Shown here piece by piece: positions 62,201-64,000 of a stretch of DNA of 64,000 nucleotides. This stretch comes from Phoronis australis (lineage: Eukaryota > Animalia > Phoronida): positions 708,597 to 772,596 of the forward strand of contig NMRA01000094.1 in the NCBI GenBank assembly GCA_002633005.1. Reading direction: 5' to 3'. Position numbers and translations under genes: made by a program. Each line of letters opens with the position of its first letter. Position 1 is the stretch's first letter. The notes under the pieces were generated by a model. The model saw only the letters and a list, made by a program, of their open reading frames with translations, had not been told where the DNA came from and ran no database searches.

Positions 62201-64000
62201 GCCTTTTATTTCAAATATGTCTGCATTGTGCTCTCAATATGAAATTTTCAAAGTCATTATTTACGAATAGACCATACTCATGGTGCTTTAGTCCACTTTT
62301 GTCCTCTTTATTCTGTACATCTCCGCCATAATTAAATATTACCTGGTGCTACAGTTAATTATTTTCTCTCCACGTCACTTTCTCAGTTTTTGCTAATAAC
62401 TTGTCGTGAATGTTACCGTTGTTTGAAAGTTTACACGTTATATTAAGTGGTGAAGTCATGGATCTGGCTGCTGTATTGACCAGTTATGTATATTGCGTGT
62501 TACATTACCTGTTGCTATTGATTTTGACTTCAAAGAACTGTCTTTCGCAGATTGAACACGTGGACAAGTTTGTGCGTAGCGTAGATTCAACGTTAAGACA
62601 AAGTCATGAAGCCAAGCGGCTGGCTGCAATTATAGACAAGATAGATTGTTATGATGCTGTAGATCTGCCTAATGATGAAGCAGTACGGGTGAGTGATAGA
62701 GCAGGTGTAGTGGTGGATCCAGGAGGGAGGTGTTAAGGGGCTTCACCACCTCTTAGCAACACAAAATTCATTATTGGATTAGCCAATTAGTGACTAAATG
62801 TCTGTTAGATACAGTGAGTGTGTACGATCTTTTCGCACAGTGGAACATGGATGTACCTATTGATATTTTTGTTTCCTGCTCTCGTGATCATCCGTTCTCC
62901 AAATAATGCTATGTTGTGTTGAGGCATGTGATGACATAATGACAGTGGCTGAGTCTGTGCATTGAGTTGTTGCACCAAATTACCAGCCAGTCTGAGTACT
63001 GTGTGTACTCTCACTTGTCTGACCTCAATGGCTGAGACTCCAGTCTGAGTACTGTGTGTACTCTCACTTGTCTGACCTAAATGGCTGAGACTCCTGCCAA
63101 TTTTCTATTCCAGCTCCATTTGAGCTTATTGTTTGAACACGTCTATTTGAAAAAATAATTTCAATTTAAAAAAATGTAATAATAATGTTCCAAATATGTT
63201 TCACCAAAACACTTTCAACAAGGTTAGTTCCCTTTTTAAGACAAAAGTAAAACATGTGAATGTTGCATACAGCTTTCAGTTACTAACATGTTGAGGGGTG
63301 ATTTTTTGTTGATTTGGAATGACTTGTTTCCCTCTATTTCATCAATGTTTTAAAAGGATTTATAGGCAGTTATGTGTTTAGTGAATTGACAGAAACTAAT
63401 TAACTGCTTAATTTGTCACTTGTCATTTCAGGCACTGAGTCCATACAGCACCTTAGATCTTACTTGTAGAATGCCAGGATGTGGCCCAAGGGCTCGCCGT
63501 AACCTTCTAATGGAATCAGCTCTGAGACTGAAGGAAGGAAATAGCAAGGTAGACAGTCATGGTTATCCTTCTGATCCTGTTCAGTTGTGACTTCCTGCTT
63601 TGAATAAAGGACAAGTGACTTTGTTTCATTGTTTCCAGATTGGTGATTGTCGTTTGATCTGTATACATTGATTATGCTGGTTTGCAGGGCTTTGTACACT
63701 CCCCGGGAATTGAAATGAACAGTGTAAACAATTGTACAACCGATATGGTAATGCTATGAAATGAACAGTGCAAACAATTGTACAGCCGATATGGTAATGC
63801 TATGAAGCTCAATGTCTGAATGCTAACATTTTTAAAACTGTGTAAAACGTAATAATGTTGTCAAGCTTCTTGCTGAGTGCCAACATTGTTATAACTATAT
63901 TAAGTATGTTTCCATTTTAAAATGGATATTTAATGTGTTCTGTTGTCCTCTGCAGATTGACGTCCTCTGTCTTCTCTTCACTGACATGTTACTCGTCACC
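803..64000 (+). CDS. PLEKHG5: Multi-exon PLEKHG5-like RhoGEF gene (RBD-like + DH + PH), incomplete at the 3' edge and probably at the 5' end
   Basis: Exons 803-949, 11735-11829, 13543-13679, 34852-34976, 51642-51791, 55927-56109, 56623-56778, 58182-58277, 59833-60033, 61467-61577, 61839-61988, 62551-62688, 63432-63548 and 63956->64000 join in one open frame with AG acceptors and GT (one GC) donors. Motifs [30 protein letters not shown] and IDVLCLLFTDMLLVT match the PLEKHG5 family as I recall it. Exact orthology versus PLEKHG6/7 was not tested. Confidence 0.92.
1715..1892. repeat. 59-bp tandem repeat x3
   Basis: TGGAGGTCAGAACTGTTTCATTCTCTTTT... repeated directly. Confidence 0.95.
2272..2580. 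repeat. Composite minisatellite (16-bp and 37-bp units)
   Basis: CAGTGGTCTGTGCTGG units followed by CAGTGGTCTGTACAGCTTTAGGTAGG... units. Confidence 0.95.
3230..3361 (+). CDS. PLEKHG5: Candidate alternative first coding exon (MRQSLRDHH...RSSSWVE)
   Basis: ATG at 3230 follows an in-frame upstream TAA. 44 open codons end exactly at GAG|gtaaga, phase 0, matching the exon 11735 acceptor. Confidence 0.5.
3365..3500. repeat. About 45-bp tandem repeat x3
   Basis: AGAGAGTTGATGTACACCATTAGATGACATGTCTGCACCCTGCTC, starting inside the donor of candidate exon 3230-3361. Confidence 0.95.
3700..3900. repeat. 72-bp tandem repeat, about 2.5 copies
   Basis: CTTGTAATGGCCAACAATAGGTACCATCATGCC... repeated. Confidence 0.9.
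4318..4480. repeat. 40-bp minisatellite, left part
   Basis: GACTATCATGAGAAGGATGCCATAGTGGTGGTCCAGTTATA x4. Confidence 0.95.
4481..6853. mobile_element. Non-autonomous hAT-type DNA transposon inserted in a 40-bp minisatellite
   Basis: 13-bp TIR CAGGGCTTGGAAT...ATTCCAAGCCCTG with a flanking AGTTAT duplication. The same minisatellite resumes on both sides. The length is inflated by the N join at 6506. Confidence 0.85.
5910..6505. mobile_element. One end of a nested CAGG-terminal (hAT-like) element
   Basis: Begins CAGGCCTTCATGC exactly where the duplicate copy (6507-6690) continues without it. Has GGACGCCC subterminal repeats and is cut off by the N at 6506. Confidence 0.6.
6854..7175. repeat. 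40-bp minisatellite, right part
   Basis: Same unit about x8, resuming after the hAT insertion. Confidence 0.95.
8603..8690. mobile_element. Terminal fragment of the CACGGGTG element family
   Basis: Matches the right end of the 38918-40314 element (…GGCGGTCATGTTGTTTCTCACCCGTG) and starts right after the N at 8602. Confidence 0.8.
8987..9455. mobile_element. About 470-bp MITE, PIF/Harbinger-like
   Basis: Imperfect TIR GGGCCTTTGATA...TATGAAAGGGCC. A highly similar copy lies at 26596-27062 and a partial duplicate at 8412-8601. TSD unclear. Confidence 0.75.
11216..11286. repeat. (GT)n microsatellite
   Basis: About 35 GT units with one GC interruption. Confidence 0.99.
11735..11829 (+). CDS. PLEKHG5: RBD-like domain exon 1 (HSISKECFTVKYDILSEPEIDILAAIKGVQLR)
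   Basis: Acceptor ttacAG, donor CAG|gtatgt, 95 bp, phase 0-2. SKECFTxKxD resembles the start of the PLEKHG5 RBD. Confidence 0.9.
12780..13270. mobile_element. Diverged fragment related to the interior of the 38918-40314 element
   Basis: Colinear shared words with 39245-39660 (TGTAGAGCTA, CACTCACCTTG, GATGATGAC, CCTCGT-GAAG). Region 7955-8090 similarly matches 39720-39850. Confidence 0.6.
13543..13679 (+). CDS. PLEKHG5: RBD-like domain exon 2 (DALAPYFAKRG...YLDASHTPLPL...LGGSQLHIK)
   Basis: Acceptor ctacAG, donor AAG|gtatgt, 137 bp, phase 2-1. YLDxSxTPL and GGxxLxxK match the PLEKHG5 RBD. Confidence 0.92.
13830..15410. repeat. Fragments of dispersed repeat family A (about 13830-14380 and 14860-15410)
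   Basis: Shared words GATC(C/T)GACTAC, CCTAGTGG, CTGTATCTC and GTTCCTACTG also occur at 19440-19780 and 20400-21680. Boundaries approximate. Confidence 0.6.
15468..16135. mobile_element. Non-autonomous element with a long terminal hairpin and a displaced inverted repeat (Crypton-like, tentative)
   Basis: Imperfect palindrome 15468-15626 (GATTATTACATG...CATGTAATAATC), followed by ATTTATACCACAT at 15628-15640 whose exact reverse complement is at 16123-16135. Confidence 0.6.
16826..17105. repeat. 31-bp minisatellite about x9
   Basis: TGGTATGTCTAGTTAAGAAGACACTGCCCAT. Confidence 0.97.
18710..18900. repeat. Degenerate about 32-bp tandem repeat
   Basis: GTCCCTGGTGTCTGCAAGGCCCTTGGCAAAGT variants. 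Confidence 0.8.
19160..19346. repeat. Degenerate 21-22-bp tandem repeat
   Basis: CTGTATAGTGCTGGCAAAGG variants. Confidence 0.85.
19440..19780 (+). repeat. Fragment of dispersed repeat family A
   Basis: Aligns by eye to one unit of 20400-21680. Confidence 0.6.
20400..21680 (+). repeat. Longest family A copy, with about three diverged internal units of roughly 440 bp (DINE-1/HINE-like, tentative)
   Basis: CTGTATCTC...TTAAATTTA..AAGT recurs near 20451, 20899 and 21332. It ends in ...GCTCTTGTT, and the tail resembles 15340-15410. Confidence 0.6.
22173..22344. repeat. 58-bp tandem repeat x3 rich in CCAAT/ATTGG
   Basis: GGTTGTTGTGGTATGTTCTGCATTGTCTTAGCCAATGGACAGACCAATAATTCTGATT. Confidence 0.95.
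24575..24686 (+). CDS. PLEKHG5: Candidate alternative first coding exon (MDFSGAFSPACKPYRKIRRSQSLRDFFIGTPNNHPLL)
   Basis: atcATGG start, then 37 codons + 1 nt and G|gtaagc. Phase 1 is what exon 34852 requires. Confidence 0.6.
24653..24842. repeat. 47-bp tandem repeat x4 spanning a candidate exon end and splice donor
   Basis: TTTATAGGAACACCCAACAACCACCCTCTGCTGG|GTAAGCTGTTTAG, identical copies. Confidence 0.98.
26596..27062. mobile_element. Second copy of the 470-bp MITE
   Basis: GGGCCTTTCATA...TATGAAAGGGCC with long near-identical stretches to 8987-9455. Confidence 0.8.
28710..32290 (+). repeat. Cluster of three about 0.75-kb copies of dispersed family B (about 28710-29480, 30575-31425, 31550-32290) plus a 5' fragment (29590-29720); DINE-1/HINE-like, tentative
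   Basis: Colinear shared words (GCCATTTTG, CTGAAAATC, TAGAGGGCG, TTTGCATGTG, TTCTCAGAC). The middle copy starts with the perfect hairpin TACTTGGCGGAA-TTC-TTCCGCCAAGTA (30584-30610). Confidence 0.75.
33489..33626. repeat. 46-bp tandem repeat x3
   Basis: TAGAAGAAGAGTTGCCTTACACTGAACAAGCCTCACTCAGATAGAT. Confidence 0.97.
34585..34810. repeat. 20-26-bp minisatellite with a variable (AT)n core
   Basis: CCCTAGACCTTCTGATATATAT about x10, ending 40 bp before the exon 34852 acceptor. Confidence 0.95.
34852..34976 (+). CDS. PLEKHG5: Ser-rich linker exon (AKDHNTSPFGR...EKKISSG)
   Basis: Acceptor tttcAG, donor GGG|gtaagt, 125 bp, phase 1-0. It bridges the phase-1 end of exon 13679 to the phase-0 downstream exons. 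Confidence 0.85.
34990..35440. repeat. About 54-bp minisatellite about x8
   Basis: GCGTGACTTACAGGGAGATAGTCATTCCGGGGTAAATAAATAGTTATAGTGTAC, starting just after the donor. Confidence 0.95.
35469..35568. repeat. 33-bp tandem repeat x3
   Basis: ATGAATTGCAGGTAGTCTATACAAGTCACTCTG. Confidence 0.9.
35809..37130 (-). mobile_element. 5'-truncated, decayed non-LTR retrotransposon (LINE), antisense in the intron
   Basis: Minus-strand ORF 36489-37175 has a degenerate RT catalytic motif (LLYVHDIALL for YADD) and YKYLG. ORF 36021-36284 has the C-terminal ETGRY..ERLCLCC..VEDELHFVFDC Cys/His motif. An A-rich tail lies at 35809-35828. Clade not resolved. Confidence 0.9.
38918..40314. mobile_element. 1.4-kb non-autonomous DNA transposon with long (>120 bp) TIRs and CAC...GTG ends (CMC/Chapaev-like, tentative)
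   Basis: CACGGGTGAGAAAC(A/T)ACATGACCGCCGGTC at both ends in inverted orientation. TATTAT flanks both sides. No ORF. Confidence 0.9.
41192..41335. repeat. 28-bp tandem repeat about x5
   Basis: TGTATGTATAAAATGATATCACAATACT. Confidence 0.92.
42532..42710 (+). pseudogene. Decayed THAP zinc finger (Kolobok transposase N-terminus)
   Basis: MLRCIVPACPN*AASRKAGITFF / LPRESAMLRKWL... / KHLSVCGL across two frameshifts and a stop. This is the C-x4-C, P, W, VC pattern of THAP. Confidence 0.75.
42765..42923 (-). pseudogene. Decayed 5' part of a KolX-like ORF
   Basis: caaaATGG start, a frameshift, then DELELISPDFAGGSLSFTGYQFEQEYSDEEILERRRE. This resembles the YxFEPEY(S/T)xEE motif of KolX / P2X7-ballast-like proteins as I recall it. 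Confidence 0.55.
44046..45169. mobile_element. Possible old Kolobok-type MITE containing the 33-bp minisatellite
   Basis: TTAA|AGGGGCATT ... AATGTTCCT|TTAA. TIR matches at 7 of 9 positions only. Confidence 0.35.
44270..45135. repeat. 33-bp minisatellite about x26 with a higher-order block
   Basis: AATAATAACTTCAACAAGTCTATCCCATCCATC. A three-unit variant block recurs near 44761 and 45024. Confidence 0.98.
45643..45805. repeat. 32-bp tandem repeat x5
   Basis: TTGATTATTGTAAGCTTAGTACATTACAACAT, identical copies. Confidence 0.98.
46613..47786 (+). mobile_element. hAT (Tip100/ZNF862-type) deletion derivative with a TTF zinc-finger remnant
   Basis: TIR CAGGGCT(G/C)GA(A/C)AT(T/A)AA, flanking ATTGGT duplication and GGACAAGT subterminal repeats. 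ORF 47027-47596 contains FLPKWKENFDWL..C..C....F....LKCHQQSVAH (ZnF_TTF pattern). Confidence 0.88.
49524..49560 (+). promoter_or_regulatory. Candidate internal core promoter (TATA + Inr)
   Basis: TATATAAG at 49524 and Inr-like TCACTC with its A at 49555 place the TATA at -31. It lies about 230 bp upstream of the ATG of candidate exon 49787. Confidence 0.45.
49787..49876 (+). CDS. PLEKHG5: Candidate alternative first (or cassette) exon (MKDNSSSLHVQFSMLAPCALMWGSVQIGDQ)
   Basis: aagATG start, 30 open codons, strong donor CAG|gtaaga, phase 0 compatible with exon 51642. Confidence 0.5.
50787..50807 (+). CDS. PLEKHG5: Candidate start-codon micro-exon (MVEFYKS)
   Basis: Pyrimidine-rich tract and cgcAG at 50784-85, G then ATG, 7 codons, perfect donor gtaagt, phase 0. 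Short enough to occur by chance. Confidence 0.35.
51447..51589. repeat. About 46-bp tandem repeat x3
   Basis: CTACCCTAAATATAGGTAACCACC...GTACTGAAG, just upstream of the exon 51642 acceptor. Confidence 0.9.
51642..51791 (+). CDS. PLEKHG5: Linker exon ending at a GC donor (TYSKKTGTGVRRPSD...HLFGIADE)
   Basis: Long pyrimidine tract and tttcAG acceptor, 50 open codons, then GAG|gcaagt with an in-frame TAG two codons later. Phase 0-0. Confidence 0.7.
52132..52262. repeat. 68-bp direct duplication
   Basis: TGTAATTCATGATGGTGCTATG...TATATGGGTCAT twice. Confidence 0.92.
52796..55180. mobile_element. 2.4-kb non-autonomous Tc1/mariner (pogo-like) element
   Basis: TA TSDs and TIR CCGTAATCGTTCGGGTTAA(T/C)GCCC. 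Many subterminal TTAA(C/G)CGCCC repeats at both ends. CpG-rich interior with no transposase ORF. Confidence 0.9.
55927..56109 (+). CDS. PLEKHG5: Linker exon (SLGRAQKK...LFLPNFTSK)
   Basis: Acceptor ctctctgcAG, donor AAG|gtatgg, 183 bp, phase 0-0, open. Confidence 0.88.
56623..56778 (+). CDS. PLEKHG5: Pre-DH exon (DKDKQDQLAEQLMQYTLTGLP...EKHWTDIIDKT)
   Basis: Acceptor ctgcAG, donor ACG|gtaaga, 156 bp. The LxxYxxxGLP and ExxWxxxI pattern is typical of PLEKHG5. Confidence 0.93.
57079..57300. repeat. 37-bp minisatellite x6
   Basis: GATGGATAACATTCAGCACCACCTACAGTTCACATGT. Confidence 0.97.
58182..58277 (+). CDS. PLEKHG5: DH domain exon ([32 protein letters not shown])
   Basis: Acceptor ttcAG, donor GAT|gtaagt, 96 bp. 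Contains DH conserved region 1 (ELLxTExxY). Absent from the ORF track; read by hand. Confidence 0.96.
59833..60033 (+). CDS. PLEKHG5: DH domain exon (LFYCCLINLQ...KLFSNI...QGFSK)
   Basis: Acceptor ttttcAG, donor AAG|gtgagc, 201 bp. LFSNI motif. Confidence 0.96.
60095..60679. repeat. About 46-bp minisatellite interrupted by an N join and a MITE end
   Basis: GATATTGTATTCAAAGAGATAGACATGTAATGTTGAACAACTTAT on both sides of 60371-60569. Confidence 0.95.
60372..60569. mobile_element. End of a Harbinger-like MITE inside a 45-bp minisatellite
   Basis: Palindromic AAACCAGGTTT / AAACCTGGTTT words. Ends CCTTTATGAAATCGGCTGA then TAA, where the minisatellite resumes. The left side is cut by the N at 60371. 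Confidence 0.55.
60970..61208. repeat. 58-bp tandem repeat x4
   Basis: GCATTGCAACACAATGCAACAGTGAATGACAGATGGCAACTAATGTTAATGTAAAACT. Confidence 0.97.
61467..61577 (+). CDS. PLEKHG5: DH domain exon (FEDSFQPYTKYC...LFRAFVE)
   Basis: Acceptor ttgcAG, donor GAG|gtatgc, 111 bp. FxPYxxYC DH motif. Confidence 0.96.
61839..61988 (+). CDS. PLEKHG5: DH domain exon ([31 protein letters not shown]...)
   Basis: Acceptor tttcAG, donor ATA|gtaggt, 150 bp. DH conserved region 3 (KPxQRLTxYxLLL). Confidence 0.96.
62551..62688 (+). CDS. PLEKHG5: DH C-terminus / DH-PH linker exon (IEHVDKFVRSVD...NDEAVR)
   Basis: Acceptor ttcgcAG, donor CGG|gtgagt, 138 bp, phase 0-0. Confidence 0.94.
62987..63094. repeat. 53-bp direct duplication
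   Basis: CCAGTCTGAGTACTGTGTGTACTCTCACTTGTCTGACCT...GGCTGAGACT twice. Confidence 0.9.
63432..63548 (+). CDS. PLEKHG5: PH domain start exon (ALSPYSTLDLTCRMPG...LRLKEGNSK)
   Basis: Acceptor tttcAG, donor AAG|gtagac, 117 bp. LDLTxxxPG..RxLLxExxLRxKEG matches the PLEKHG5 PH start. Read by hand. Confidence 0.93.
63956..64000 (+). CDS. PLEKHG5: PH domain exon truncated by the window edge (IDVLCLLFTDMLLVT)
   Basis: Acceptor ctgcAG. LFTDxLLxT is the hallmark PH strand of DH-PH proteins. Confidence 0.93.
   Translation, partial: MDVLCLLFTDMLLVT

Overview
This is AT-rich, intron-rich eukaryotic DNA, probably from a marine invertebrate (inferred from the gene structure and transposon families; the species cannot be determined). 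The whole window lies inside one large + strand gene, a PLEKHG5-like (Syx/TECH; PLEKHG5/6/7 family) Rho guanine-nucleotide exchange factor. I read 14 frame-compatible exons by hand (about 617 codons): an N-terminal S/P-rich exon, a two-exon RBD-like domain, a Ser-rich linker, the DH domain and the start of the PH domain, which runs off the right edge. The large introns contain four more ATG-to-donor segments whose phase matches the next exon. These suggest internal promoters giving RBD-containing and RBD-less isoforms, and one has well-spaced TATA and Inr elements. One linker exon appears to use a GC-AG intron. The introns also hold many non-autonomous transposons: two CAGGG hAT-type elements with unusual 6-bp TSDs, a Kolobok deletion derivative with THAP and KolX remnants, a pogo/Tc1-type element, a CAC..GTG element, Harbinger-like MITEs, a hairpin Crypton-like element, DINE-1/HINE-like repeats and a truncated LINE. 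More than 20 minisatellites are present. Three single-N joins look like two haplotypes that differ by a transposon insertion. I found no prokaryote-style novel system (CRISPR, retron, operon). Nearly all listed ORFs outside the exons and transposon remnants are spurious. All coordinates were counted by eye and no database searches were run.
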